Under the pieces are notes generated by a model. That model did no database searches, had not been told where the DNA came from, and saw nothing but the letters and a program-made list of their open reading frames with translations. A DNA stretch of 64,000 bases, from contig CM119378.1 of the NCBI GenBank assembly GCA_051294905.1, forward strand, positions 310,001-374,000, given 5' to 3'. Each line of letters begins with the position of its first letter. Positions within the stretch are counted from its first letter, which is position 1. This document shows, piece after piece, positions 46,109 through 59,805 of the stretch. The position numbers and the translations under genes are program-made. This DNA comes from Botryllus schlosseri. Its lineage: Eukaryota.

Positions 46109-47379
46109 GGGGTAAAAATTGCAAAAAGAAACTCATCACCAAGTCATGCAGATAACAGCAGTCAATAAGACTAAACAACCTCAATTAGAATATACAGAAC
46201 TTATATTTAAATAATATAAGGCTATTAAAATAGCAGAATATGGTAGAATTCAGAAGAACTTTATATATCAACCTTGATCAAGAGTAAAACCGCTGTCAAC
46301 ATGGCATCTCTTTCTGTCATGTTCAAGTTCAATTCAATCTTGATTCCTTCCAACATCGTAACTTATATTTCCAGAAATAACGCCTCCATAAATAGGACCA
46401 ACGAAGAGCAACATCAATCCCAAACTCTATCTGATGGCCACACCAAGAGCTTAACATATCCAGTGAAATGCTGCAGTCTTCCACCATCAACGATTGGAAT
46501 ACAATGCAACAAAGCCAACAGACTCAATGATGCAGCGGAAAATAACTGAAGAGTTTTCTTTACTATACACAGACCACAGAACAAATGAGAGAAATGCCTT
46601 CTTCCAAAACAAGTTTCACAACAACCATAGAAGAGAGCCATCGTGTTGGCAAATATGAACCAGCGAGATGACAGATCTGTCATCTTGGAATAGAAACTTA
46701 TATTAAAAATGGACTTGACTGAAATTTTGCAGCAAAAAGTATGAAGAATAGGAACTGCTGTTTCTGATATGAACTGTGATTTGAAAAACTGTTACTTCCA
46801 GACATTTTGAAGGTAATCATAGATATATATTATTATCATATGATATTACATGAAGAGGACAGACAACTAATCACGAAAATGCTGATATAATGCAAGTGTG
46901 TTCATGAATATCGACTCATTAGAAGCGGAAGCACATTCCAAGACAGCTGGACTAATTAAGGACGCAGTCTCATTGACGGGGTAATCATATTTGGCAGTAA
47001 TGATATTGGCAGTCCATGGTAATCATACTGCTACCACGGACTGAGGCTGTGTACCTGTCTAAAATCCATGATGTCGATCATTGGACATGATAATGATTTG
47101 CAAACCATCCACAAAAACAATTCGTACCGTACGTTATTTGAGGGGTTATCGTGAATTCAATAGACAGAAACAGGCATGTCTAGAGCATTGCTCCGATGGA
47201 AAACCTTGTACTTAAGAGGCCAAAAGAGCTCTAGGTTCAAATCTGTGTAGCAGAACCAGGATCGATTGATGACGGGAGGTGGCAAAAGCGTTCGCAGATG
47301 AAGAAACGACGTGAACAAAAAAATGTTGTTGATGGAACTGAAGCTGTTGGATCTCCACAACCCAAGAACGAACCGTCCA

Positions 47380-48560
47380 AAACTGGGCGAAACCCGCCGC
47401 GTTCTGCTGATCCGGGCTGCGAGACGCGCGTGCGTTAAAACAAACCAAGAACGCGCGACGCTCATTCACGCGCGCGGAATTTTCCACTGCCCATAACAAC
47501 ACGCGGAAATATTCCATGACGTCACGCTGAGAGAAGACACGCTCGCGCGATCGCAAGCAAAACATTCGCGAAACGCTCGAAGGAAAATTGCTGATTTTCG
47601 TCGCTGCAACAAAAAGACACGGGACTCTAGAGCCAGAAATGAGCGACGTTGAAGCTCCAACGAAACGCGAGCGCAGAACCACGTAGTAAACAAGAACGCG
47701 GGGGTTTCCCGAAAACTGTCGAGTATTTTTCCACTCCGCGTCTCTCGATGTTGACGAGCGCGCGATTCAAAACATCAGCGTGGAATGGCTTCACGAAATC
47801 GGAGCATTTCAGACTATCGGCTAAAGGCGAGGCTATCGACAAACTCGATTATTTCAGATACTCACTCAGAATAGATTGGTCGCAAGCGCCTCGTCTTCAG
47901 AGGCTCTCCAAATCGCTTTTTCTGTCAACTCTCTTCGTTCAGATCTTCGCGCCTTCAAGGCGTCGAGCTCGTAATTCCTTTCTGCGTTTTCCTTCTCTTT
48001 ACGGAACGACTCTGACCAAATCTCGATTGTCGCGCTTATATCTCCACAGCAGTTGCTTTCAAAGCGGCTCAAAACGAAATGAATCGTCGCGAGCCACGCC
48101 GCCATCGAATAGCCGCTGCTTTGCAGACCGGTTCGATCCGGTTTCAAATCGCTTTCTGACTGGAAGCGTGTTTTTTGACGCTCTCATGATCGCTGCTGAA
48201 ACGTCTGAGACTGATTCGAGATTTCAACGAAAAGTTTCGCATTTCGGCGCAGCGACTTTCATCGCGAGGCGGTTAAAAACCGCAGTTGGCGCTGGAGACA
48301 AAAGGCTCAATGTGCGATTGTGCGTGCAGGCATATATTCTACCGAATGTTGGTCGGCGCTCGAGATTAACGGACCGTTGTTTTGAGTTCAATTCCTTTTA
48401 TGGACGTGTCATTTTGGATTGGGTCGTTTTTGTTACTCTTCGCGTAACGGCTACGCTGTGCAATATCTACTCTCGCCTCCCAGCCGCAAAGCGACACAAG
48501 CGATCGCTGACCGAGAACGGGTGTGTTCGGTCTGATGAAATAATTAATGCGCTGTGTAAA
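47380..48560 (-). promoter_or_regulatory. CpG-rich promoter / first non-coding exon region of XPO1
   Basis: Dense CG/CGCG, CRE palindrome TGACGTCA at 47517-47524, consensus donor GTGAGT at 47865-47860. The XPO1 ATG sits directly after an acceptor, so an upstream exon is required. Confidence 0.6.
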
Positions 48561-48977
48561 ACTATCTCTACATTCGTATCGTGTCGGTTCATCTGAAGTT
48601 GTGAGCGTGGCGACTTTTCTGAACATGCTGTTGACCTAGGTCTAGGTGGGTATGCCGCGGCTCTTTAGCCTCCCGCTACCTCGCTTGTATCATATTTCAC
48701 TCAATTGCATTTTGTAATGCATACTGTTGATATGCACAGTTAGCAAATAAATATTCTTATCTCTCTCTCCCATTGAACGTAAATAGGAACATCGCGGTAA
48801 AGTTCTCATTCTCCTATATACAGCCACGCTAGATTAAAATTCGGGTCCTACCAATATACATGAAAGAATCAGAAACCTTCAAAGCAAATGCCTACTCATC
48901 TTTTCGTACCTTGCCTGATCTTGGACCTTTTCACCAACTGTATTTTGAGGTTCTATGCGTAGGAATTGGCACTGTAA

Positions 48978-49255
48978 CATCATCATCATCATCATTGGTT
49001 TATTAGCAATTTTATCAGTTCAATACACCACAAAAAATGCGATACAATGAATAGACAGGAAGATGTCGAAGCGACTTGGATTTGTCAATGGAATCGGACA
49101 CCCACCTTGGCCTAGGCGTAGTAAAGAGGAGGCATGCACACTGAATGAAAGTAAAGAATACAGTATAGAAAAAGAAAGCGACAAGAAATAGGGCGGCATG
49201 TCATTGGAAGCGAGATCGATAGGTCAGTCGTGGTCCGGTAATCTTGAGGATGGAC
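48978..49255 (-). mobile_element. 5'-truncated LINE 3' UTR copy
   Basis: Same family as 33057-33333; (CAT)n tail on the plus strand. Confidence 0.8.
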
Positions 49256-50190
49256 ATATAAATCTATGTCTCTTTAATACAGCAATCTCATTGACTTACC
49301 AAACTCATCAATCGCTTCAACGACATATACTCACGAGGGGCTTGCCGATATCATTCGAGTACTCGGATCCGAACCGAGTGTTAAATGTCATCATTCGAGT
49401 CGAGTAGTGAAAGATGTTCTTTTTGAGTACTGAAATTACACCGCTAACAGCTATCGCATGAACTAGGGCTGAGCTGAATCGAGCAAGCTCTGATTATGAC
49501 ATCATATACCGTTCATAACGGTACGGACAAAAGTTCCATATTTACCATATTTTTGTAACACAAATTCCGGACGCTCTTTAGCGCCCACTAGCGGATTTCA
49601 AAATGAGGTATGAGCACATTGATGAATACGACGTCTCACAAGCAAAGCTTTGTCTATCGACTAGAGGTGGTCACGATCCGGTTCAGCAGTATGTGGTTGC
49701 GTGTTGTAAGTTGAAACCAGGGCCGAAGCCACATTTTTCAGCCCCCTCCCGCCCAAATAAACATTGATCTTGAGCCCAAAGTAGGGTAATCGATGCAGCT
49801 TCTGAGTGCTTACTATATGCATCTGCATGGTTTCTATATGCATCTGGTCGTTAAATGATTTGAATGAATTATGTCAATAATATTGGTTCTTCCATATATT
49901 ACTATATAATTTGATCCTCTCTCCGCCCACTTGATCAGAGTTTGCGGTAGAGCTGGTGGAAGATGATGACTTCGAAAATGCAAGGAGCGTAATTGTACAA
50001 TGTAGGCCTACATCGTTAGGTCATGTCCAAACGCCCTAAACCGACTTTATGAATATACCGTTATCTTGTGATTACAATTACAATTAGACTTATTTCTGTA
50101 ACTTAATGTTATTTTTATTTATTTATTTTTGATCGCAGCTTTTGCGAGGGTGGTAGTCCCCATATTAAAACCAATATATGTGATACTAAA

Positions 50191-50533
50191 TCATCATCAT
50201 CATTGGTTTATTAGCAATTTTATCAGTTCAATACACCACAAAAATGCGATACAATGAAAAGACAGGAAGATGTCGAAGCGACAATAAGGAGTAGTCTATG
50301 GAATCCGACACCCACCTTGGCCTAGGCGATGTAAAGAGGAGGCATGCACACTGAATGAAAGTAAAGAAGATAGTATAGAAAAAAGAATGCGACAAGAAAT
50401 AGGGCGGCATGTCATGGGAAGCGAGATCGATAGCTCAGTCGTGGTCCGGTAATCTTGAGGATGGACTGTATTTATTTAGTAGTAATTGCTTGTATTTCGA
50501 CTTGAATGTGGACATGCTCGTCGACTGTCGGAC
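50191..50533 (-). mobile_element. 5'-truncated LINE 3' UTR copy (longer)
   Basis: Same family; extends into tagtagtaattgcttgtatttcgacttgaatgtggacatg, shared with 53836-53895. Confidence 0.8.
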
Positions 50534-51557
50534 TTCGGCGCAGCGCGAAGAAAAATTTCATGTAGCATAAATCTGCCCGAAAATAATATTGTTTATGTTG
50601 ATTTAGGAAAAAATTATGAGCTTACTTCAAAATTCCGGACATTTAGGCATATTTTAGAAATTCCTCCCGGACGCAGTATTATTATCCGGACATGTCCGGG
50701 AAATTCCGGACGTATGGCAACCCTAATATATATGCGACCATGAATTGTATGATGTCAGTTACACAACAATGCAGAGGATCTGGTAACTTTCGATCACATC
50801 TTCCACAGCGCTTGTGGGTCAATCACTATTTCACTCAAATGTCGCTTTTTCAGCGAGTTGCGCACGATGCGCATCCCTGTGGTATATGGCTGTCGGAGCG
50901 GTTTCAAAGCTCTCACGTAGGCAAGAAAGCATCGAAGCTTTAATTAATTATTGTTGATAAAACAACTCGTAGTGAGAAGAAACATATCAGTACTCGAAAA
51001 ATATCATCTATACCCCTACTCGACTGGAATGATCATAATTGATACCCAATTCGAAATAGTAGACTATATATAGCCTACTCGAATAATCGAATAATTGTGC
51101 CGACCCGTAATAAAAACCCATTTTTTGAAACCGAAGGCAAAACTCAACAATTTACAACGTACGTCTACGTACAATGTAGATCAGTGGTCGGCATCCTTTT
51201 TCAGATGCGACATGGAAATAAGCATTTAAAGGCGGGCTCATTTTCTTTCCAAATACATAGAAAAGCCTCCCGCCTGTGATACGGCCTGGGCAGTGGGCAG
51301 GGCATGTTGCGTGTATATTTCAAGAATCCAGAAACGTTAATATCGCGATTTCCTTCAGCCCGGCATATGTCTTCACCAAGCGTAATGACGTAAATGATTT
51401 TATTGACGGAACAAGACACAATCAACACATACTCATAAACTGATGTCATTAATAATAGGCATCTGCCACACCTAGTATAGGCACACTCGTACGTAGTCGC
51501 AGGCCGCTTTGGCTACTCGGTGTGGGTAAAACGACCAGGGGTTCGACTTCTTAATCA

Positions 51558-54500
51558 CATCATCATCATCATTGGTTTATTAGCAATTTTATCGGTTCAA
51601 TACACCACAAAAATGCTATACAATGAAAAGATAGGAAGGTGTCGAAGCGACAAGGAGTAGTCTATGGAATCTGACACCCACCTTGGCCTAGGTCAGGGGT
51701 TTCCAACCGGGAGGGGGGAATTCCCCCCTTGGGGGGATTTTGAAATTTTTTATTGGGGAATCTGGCTTAATTTTTTTTAGGGGAATTCTGGCTTTGGCAT
51801 TGTGTCGGAAGATGCACTGGGTTCGCAAGGTTTTTAGATTTTTATGGTATAGAACTGCTAAGTAGAAATTAGTTCTACTACAATTGTATGTTTCTTTGGC
51901 GGCGATTTTAAGCTAGGTGTATGTTTAAATGCGTTCCGTAGATATTACACCCCCTGATAAAGTGGGGCTCACGAGACGATTTCGTTGGGTCCGCGACAGC
52001 CTCTCGACCAAATTGCTACTAAGCAGGAAAACGTCAAGCCGAATTCAGCACAAGGCCGCTAGTGAAATTGTTTAACTTTTTAAGCCAACATATGAGCTAA
52101 CGTGAGAAACATAGCGTATCTAACTCATCGCTTCAACTCAAGTCCATAGCAAGCGGACTTGGTGATTTATTTTTCGTCAGCGGCTACCCGACCAGTCAAA
52201 AACAGGTCAAATTTGACTGTACTTAGTGCGGCCGCATTCGCCATGGTTCGGACCCAGAGATGGTCAAAGTAGTCAAGAAAGCTACTCAAGTAGAAGTAGA
52301 AGTAGCGACGAAAAAAATCTACTCAAGTACGAGTAGAAGTACTTCTCCCATAAGCAACCTAAAACTACTTCAAGTAGAAGTACAATTGACTGACTTTAAA
52401 TCTACTTAATTAAGTAAGTAGTTGTGAAAACGATCCTAATTCGTTCACATGGATTGTCAAAAAAGTACAAATTGAGCAATACGAAAGGTGCCGAGCTTGA
52501 TTCATGTTGATGCATACCACGAGGTATCCAATTTTCGACAGCCTAAGCATTCGTCCGCATCATGTGATGAAAATTATAGTATTGGTTTGGAAAGGCGATA
52601 CTAATCCTCTGTTTTCTCGAACAGTATGTTTTAGAAAATATCATGGAATGGCGCCCTCCCCCATACTATAAGGCCCGTAGTTTAGTCGAAGAGCAAAACG
52701 GAGAAGTTGCATAGGATACGGTGTAAACATTTTGCGCGATTAGTAAACGGTAATAAAAAATATGGTGGACCGTAAAATTGCCATATTGTGTATCTTTATT
52801 TCCGGAAATTAAAGGAATTACTGCACTTGCTTTTATACTTCAACATGTATGTTATCGTGACAAAAGAACTGATATTAATTTGAACTCAAAGCATATGATA
52901 CTGGGAATTGAAAGTGAAATATAAATACTACTTCTAAAAGCGGAACATGTATCTCATGTCTTTAGTCAAGAAAGTTTCAAAGGTGGTATGCTATAACACT
53001 TTTCGAGATTAGGATACGCCATGGACATGCTAGATTACGATATGATGAGTAAGTGCTAGATTGCGAAACATCAGTTTCAAACGCTATGATGAGCCATATA
53101 TACTGTGATGAAATATTTGATATGGCGAAGGGCGACAATGTGGTGTGAACGGAACCACGCCTACGCTACCTAAATTATATTCACCGATACTATCGTGAAA
53201 TTATACTGGTTACCCCGTATCCACTGCGCGCTAAGCGCGGCAAAAATTTTGGGCTTTACCCAACTTTTATGAAAATTAAATGTTGATACTCCGTGAAAAC
53301 AGCCCCGAAATTCCTTAGGCAATCTTCCTGATTGGTGGATTTAACTACTTCTACTTGACAAACTGAAAATAGCGAAAAGTAAGTAAGTAGATCACAAAAT
53401 ATTACGAAGTAGAAGTAGCGAAAATCAGATCTACTTGAGTAAGTACCAGAAGTAGAGGAAAATTACTTGAGTACTTCGAAAAAGTAGAAGTACTTCGTTA
53501 CTGACCACCTCTGGACATATCTGAATATGTTTGGCCATATCAGTCAACAAACGGTTGCGCGTTAAAAAGCACATTTTTTAAGTCACAGGCAACTTTTTCA
53601 TAGGAGGGGGGGGTTAGCTCAAATATCGGCCAAGGGCGGCACGAGACGAAAAAGGTTGGGAACCACTGGCCTAGGCGATGTAAAGAGGAGGCATGCACAC
53701 TGAATGAAAAGTAAAGAAGATAGGCAAGCAGCAAGAAATGGGGTGGCATGTCTTGGAAGGCGAGATCGATAGGTCAGTCGATAGATCGATAGGTCAATCG
53801 ATAGGTCAATCTTGAGGATGGACTAATATTCACTTAGTAGTAATTGCTTGTATTTCGACTTGAATGTGGACATGGACATGCTCGTCGACTGTCGGATGGC
53901 CGGCGGAATACTGATCCACACATCGGGTCAGGCATATTTGATGGAGCGATGATCTTTTCGGTCGATCATATATGATATTTGGACGACGTGGACGCGCGTA
54001 TGTGTTGTACTTTTGATTCCGAGGTGAAAAAGTCATTGAAATATTCGGGACAACGACCGCAGTGGAACAAACTTTGCGATTTCTAGTTTCCGCATATCTT
54101 CTATGTTTAGGACACCGAATATCTTCACCAGCGACTTATTGGATGGACAACCAGGCCCCTGTGGGGCCCTAGCAATGATACGGAGTACCTTATGTTGTAG
54201 TTTTTGCAGTGGCTCGAGTGCAGTTTTACTGGCAGCCCCCCAACAGAGGATGCCATATTGTAACTTCGATTGGATCAAGGATTTAAAGAGTATCAGAAGA
54301 ACCCAGGATGGCATGAAGCGTTTAAGGCTGTAGAACAGGCCGCACTTCGGTGATAATTTAGTATCTAGGGACTGAATATGACTCTTCCAGGACATGTCCG
54401 AGTCCAGTAAAACCCCGAGATATTTTACATTATCTGTGTTGGGAACGGGCTGACCACCGATGTTAACGGTTAGGTTATTTTTTTAATTTACTGTCAGCAA

Positions 54501-54690
54501 TTGGGATTTCGAGGCGCTTATGCAAAGGTTATTTTGGGCCGTCCACTCATGCACTTTGGGCATTTGGTCACTATAGTCAGGGCATCCAGCTCTGCCGTCG
54601 ATGATGCGGAAGAGAGGAGATGAGCATCGTCAGCGAACATTGTGGTGTTCAGTGAGGAGGTTTCATAAATGTCGTTGACGCCAATGTCGT
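51558..54690 (-). mobile_element. CR1/L2-group LINE remnant (RT C-terminal part plus 3' UTR) split by a DNA element
   Basis: Disrupted RT: VNDIYETSSLNTTMFADD, VKYLGVLLDSDMSWKSHI, FKSLIQSKLQYGILCWG..LQKLQHKVLRII. The 3' UTR is split into 53669-54030 and 51558-51693. Confidence 0.8.
51694..53668. mobile_element. Composite hAT-type insertion containing a nested aagtag-array MITE (52255-53513)
   Basis: Outer ends caggggtttccaacc / ggttgggaaccactg with flanks gcctaggt / gcctaggc, interrupting the LINE 3' UTR exactly; inner TIRs cagagatggtca / tgaccacctctg. Confidence 0.85.
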
Positions 54691-56764
54691 ATTCGCCAAC
54701 ATCTATCATGCAATCGAATGTTATTGTCACTCTGATTTCTCAGACCCAAATATTTATAATATCAGGGCACCTTGACCCCTCAAAATCGTCTCAGAATGTA
54801 AAACTCATCTTTGATATGCATAATAATAACGCAGTAAACAATAAAATTAATCCGACACTCGCATCTGAGCGGAGTATAGGAACAACGCGCTATCGAAATC
54901 GCGAACCGACGGCGTATAGTATGACTTGTGAATGCCTATAAGTATAGTGCAGCGCAAATACTATTACAGTCTTACTGGTGCTGCTATATGTATAGGCCTA
55001 TATTTTTCGTAACTGGACCTACTTTCGATTGTCGTCAACTGAGTCAGCGAACGTTTTAGGGAATATATATTCAAGTAGGGATCGCAAACTCAAAAGGGGT
55101 GATTCGGGAGTCGAGTCGGAAAAATTACCTTCCTTTTCGCACAACAGGATTTCCCGAAAACAGTTAGCATCAGCAGTTTTAAAGTCCGGTAATCTAACTT
55201 TTGTGATTTGTAAAAATTGTCTTACTTCCCGGATCCCACAATATGGTAACCCTAAAAATAGGCCACGCAGTTTGACAACCACGTTCCTGAAACTTTACGT
55301 CCGTACAACGCCGGGCTCTAACATGGGCGACTGCAATAATTATATCTTATTTAAAAAATATCACGATCATCACCTTCAATCACATTCATTTCATTTTGAA
55401 CTATGAGATATACGCACGATACCTATCCAGTGACCACACTTGTCAGCGAATAAAGAATCCATATTGGAGTTACCTTGACACGGTATTTGCCGGAAAACTG
55501 CTTATTATATAGCCTTTACTGACGGGGAAAGCCTTAAGTAGTTTTCTAAGCGTCTTGCTCGTGGCAGTGTCTATGGGCCATGCCAATTCATATCAGCTGT
55601 AATTCTTCCTTCATTGCATGGAATGCTCTTACCATAGCCGAAGCCGTATCAGCTATAGTGAGGAATAGTGACGTTGGGCACAAGAGAATATAGCTTATTT
55701 TGGACAACAACAGCAAACTAAGATCAATTTCAACACTTCAAAATACTTTCTTCCGAAATCTCAATCAGGTCGCGGGCCGCAACATATGACCTCATGGGCC
55801 GCATGTGGTCCCCGGGCCACGTGTTGGTGACCCCCGTATTACGGTTACCATATTTGCGTGGCCCAAATTCCGGACTCTCTTTAATCAAGTGTTGTGCCTT
55901 TTTGCCACAACTATTCGGTTTTTGATCGCTGCAAAGCAACGATTTAATTTTTCCAACAGACACAGGCATGCGCATCAAATTGAAACGGTAGTAAATTTAA
56001 AATTGTGACTCATGGCGATCCCATGAAAAGTTTAGGTGACCCTATACTTGGATTCCACTGCAATTGCTGACCATAATTTTTCAATCAATCAATGGACAGG
56101 TTATAATTTCATATGCCCAAGACACACACACAATGTACAATGCGATATACAAGACACACAATGCGATGAAATGAACAGATGGGGGGATGCCAAACGACCA
56201 ACCAGTTGGGGCCTCTTGAACTGGCAACCCCCTCCACCTATAGTGTCCGATGTCACAATCTTCTTCGATGTTGTTTTTTCTTCGTCGGTCCTTTTTCTAA
56301 TGACTAGGGCAAGTTCTTGCTGCAGTTAAATCCGTGAAAAGTTGCATTTATTTTTGTAAAAAGTTGCAGAAGTTGCATTTTGACCACATTTTGCACGGTT
56401 GACTAAAAAAAAAAAGGTCAACTTCCCAGATTGACTAAAAAAAAAAGGTCAATTTTCCGGCTCAGCTCCCGAAATACCCGTAAAAGCGTTACTTCGGTGC
56501 TGATTTACGGTGTTTCAGTTGAATTTGGCCGTGCATTTCACCAAAATCGAAAATGTTTTCATGAAAAATCGAGAAAGTTGCAAAATGTTGCAAAAAGCTG
56601 CATGGAAAAAATGGACAAAAGTTGCAAAAAGTTGCACTATAAGATTCCTTCAAATAGCTTAAAACAGCATTCTACATATCTTACGAGTATTTAGGAAGCT
56701 GCCGGAAGCTGTAAAAAAAGTTGCAAAGTTGCAAAAACTTGCCCTACTAATGACCAATGACCCA

Positions 56765-56865
56765 GGGCTCGGGGTTTTACTAAACTGGAACAGGTCTTGG
56801 GAGAGTCATATTCAATCGCTAAAATCAAATTTATCACGGAACTGTGGTTTGTTCCGTCGCCTTAG
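56765..56865 (+). mobile_element. Short LINE RT fragment
   Basis: LGVLLNWNRSWESHIQSLKSNLSRNCGLFRRL aligns by eye with the RT remnant at about 54330-54420. Confidence 0.65.
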
Positions 56866-59403
56866 ACCAGTGGTTCTTAATCTTTTTTCCTCCAGCGCCC
56901 CCTTTCAAAAATTATCGTGCTCCAGCGCCCCCCACCTCATATTGTAAGGACTGTATTAAAGACAATGGGTAAGAGGGAGGGCCATAACAGCACTTCGTTA
57001 GCCCCCTAAAAACGATTGTATTGCGCACCCACAGCGTGATAAACCAAACCTCGCGAGGGCTTCGCCCCCAATAACCCCATCGGGTGATTTCGATGGTCAG
57101 CAAGGTTTGTATGGCCTGGTCGCCCTAGGCGCCAACATTTTCTATAATGCATGAATGAATAGGTGGTAATTGCATATATATGTCGCTGGAAAATGAAGGT
57201 CACGTAATTAATAATTGAATATATTCGGGCGTGCCCATTGGTAGAATTAATTCGTTACCTGTTATTATTTTGTTACCTCTTGTCCGCTATATAGTCAAAG
57301 GATATTGAAACGCATAAACGTATTAAACTAAATTGAGCACACGATTCAAAATTGGTATTTCCTCAGTGGCATACAATTCCTCTGATGGATGTTATTTGTC
57401 TTCTGGGGTGCAGATTGCGACAGCATGATAATTCGGCACGAGCGATTTATGTACCTATGGAAAATTGGACTTATATACATCGTAGTTTACGTTGTCGTAG
57501 TTTACGTTCAGTCGGTCTATTCGGGACTTTGGTATCGGAAATATTTCGCGATTTAATCGCGCTCGAGGACCATTCGACTATAATAAACCATATAAAAATT
57601 GTGTGTGGTATATTCAGGGTCAAATCAAGGTTGTTATAACAACAATCGGGTACTGTCTCATACCTTGTGGTTCGAACCATCCCGAATTCACATCTGCGAT
57701 TGGCAATACGGGGAAATTATAGAATTGGATTTGTCTCAGTGCTTTGTGTAACTCTAAGAAAGTCAACTGAGAATGGGATGCATATATCTGCTCACATTGA
57801 ATTTAGTACTGTACCCAGTTATTAATTTTCACATGAATGTAGGCCTATTCCAAACAAAGGAACACATATTATATAACGTTCATGTGAGGTTGTGAACTAC
57901 AATAGGCTACTATATAGTATTATCCCGATACGATGAAGAAATATTCTGACGATTTAATTTTGGAGCTCTCAAATACAAGTATATTTAGTTATTCATTTCG
58001 TGCACAAAGCTTCAAAACTTATTTTATGTACGAGGGGCTCTCACTCTCAAAAGTGATATACAGTGCCTCCTTCGATTTTCACACGCTGTGCGCTGCGCGA
58101 TATAATACCTATAATTCTAAACATTTTGTTAAAAATGACCCTAGCAAGCGTGTCGGCATTGTTTTAACGGGAAATCGGCGATCTAAAAGTACGCGCAATT
58201 TGTTTTACATGAATTATAATAACCCACTACATTTATGAAAACATATGTAGCAAACATCGTCGAGTAGCGCGACCAAAAATTTCGGGATTTGACATGTTTT
58301 GTGGAATGTTAATTTGCTCTGAATACTTATTAAGGATATGTCCTGCTACCACATCATCTACTGCGAAGCCATTTTTCTTCAGCGCCCCCCAAATCGCCCC
58401 CCTGAGCCCAGCGCCCCCATATCGCCCCCCGAGCGTTCCCGCCCCCTTCAAAATCGCCAGCGCCCCTTGGGGGGCGCTGAAGGCAAGGTTAAGAACCGCT
58501 GCCTTAGACGGTGCATGTATCTCTGGATTCTTCTACAATCCTTATTGCAATTGAAGTTACAATATTGGGCATGTTCTGCCAGTGATAAGTATGCAGTTCG
58601 GTCGCTGCATGTAAAATCTACAACACCAGGTTCTCCGTATCATTGCTTAGGCCCGAAACAGGCCTGGTTGCGCAACCAAGAAGTCGATCGCTACTCCAAA
58701 TACTGCATGGGTGTCTAACGATGATAGATATTATGAATCTAGACATATCCAAGTTTATATATCAGTTCCGTTGCGGTCACTGTGCCGAAAAATCCAATGA
58801 ATTTTTCTTCAATAGCGCATAAGCCGCGCGGATCCTCGTCGTACAGCACGAGGTACGGGAAGTCACATAGCTCTATCAAGTATACCGCACCGCAGGGCCG
58901 TGGAACAGTATCGACGGATATCCGACAGTCGCCTCTATCTTGTCCACATTCAAGTCGAAATAGAAGTAGCTTACTACTGAATCACGATAAACTCCGCGGC
59001 TTAGCAACCGATAATAATTCGCGAACCACAGTTTCAGAATCCCTGCTGCTCTATGGGATGCGGGTACTAATCCAGATCGCATCGTATCCACTTCACGCCT
59101 TTCATTGACCGATATAAACAACTAAATCAGAGACTGGTCACCAGATACGATGAGCCGAAAAGTAAGCAAATAAGCTCGATTCCTCCTCTCTTGCTGATAT
59201 AATGAAGCGTAATGCGGCGAATGATCGATTTGCCCGTGATTGCACAGAATGCTCACGTCACCGGTTCTAAGATATGAATACGATGCATAGAGAGGATGAA
59301 ACTTATTGTGAACGATAGCAGAGTCCATTTTACCAAGCTCTTGGTCTTGGTGCTTCGGAACTAGTCCAGTTATTTCGTCCCCCCAGTTTGTCGCTTTTAG
59401 TGA

Positions 59404-59557
59404 ATTTAGGGCGGGGATAATAAAGTTAGCTGATCCGGAAGAATACTAATCATGTGATTAAAAACTGCTAATCGGGACGCATTTTAGGCGGAGATAATAA
59501 AGTTAGCTGATCCGGAAGAATCCTAATCGTGAGATTAAATACTGCTAATCGCGACGC
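59404..59557. repeat. Direct repeat of about 78 bp, two copies
   Basis: tttag(g)gcgg.gataataaagttagctgatccggaagaat.ctaatc.tg.gattaaa.actgctaatcg.gacgc occurs twice. Confidence 0.9.
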
Positions 59558-59661
59558 GAAAAAGTTGGAAAAGATTAAGCGCGATGGTTAGTTGAGGTGT
59601 CCCGAGCAGACTTGTACAAACTAGTCATTTAGCTAGTTGACGGTCAACTAACTAACAGCTT

Positions 59662-59805
59662 TTTGAGTAGTTCTAGTTGTAGTTGCGGATTTTGAAAATT
59701 GAGTAGTTCTAGTTCTAGTTGCGGATTTTGAAAATTGAGTAGTTCTATAGTTCTAGTTGCGGATTTTGAAAATTGCATAGTTCTAGTTCTAGTTGCGCAT
59801 TTCAA
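59662..59805. repeat. Minisatellite of about 36 bp; family also at about 31250-31500, 39880-40085 and 44900-45000
   Basis: Four units of gagtagttctagttctagttgcggattttgaaaatt. Confidence 0.85.

Noticed and set aside
47649..48596. 315-aa plus-strand ORF
   Set aside because: Non-ATG start, Arg/Ser-rich with no recognisable domain, and antisense across the CpG-rich XPO1 promoter, where chance long ORFs are likely.
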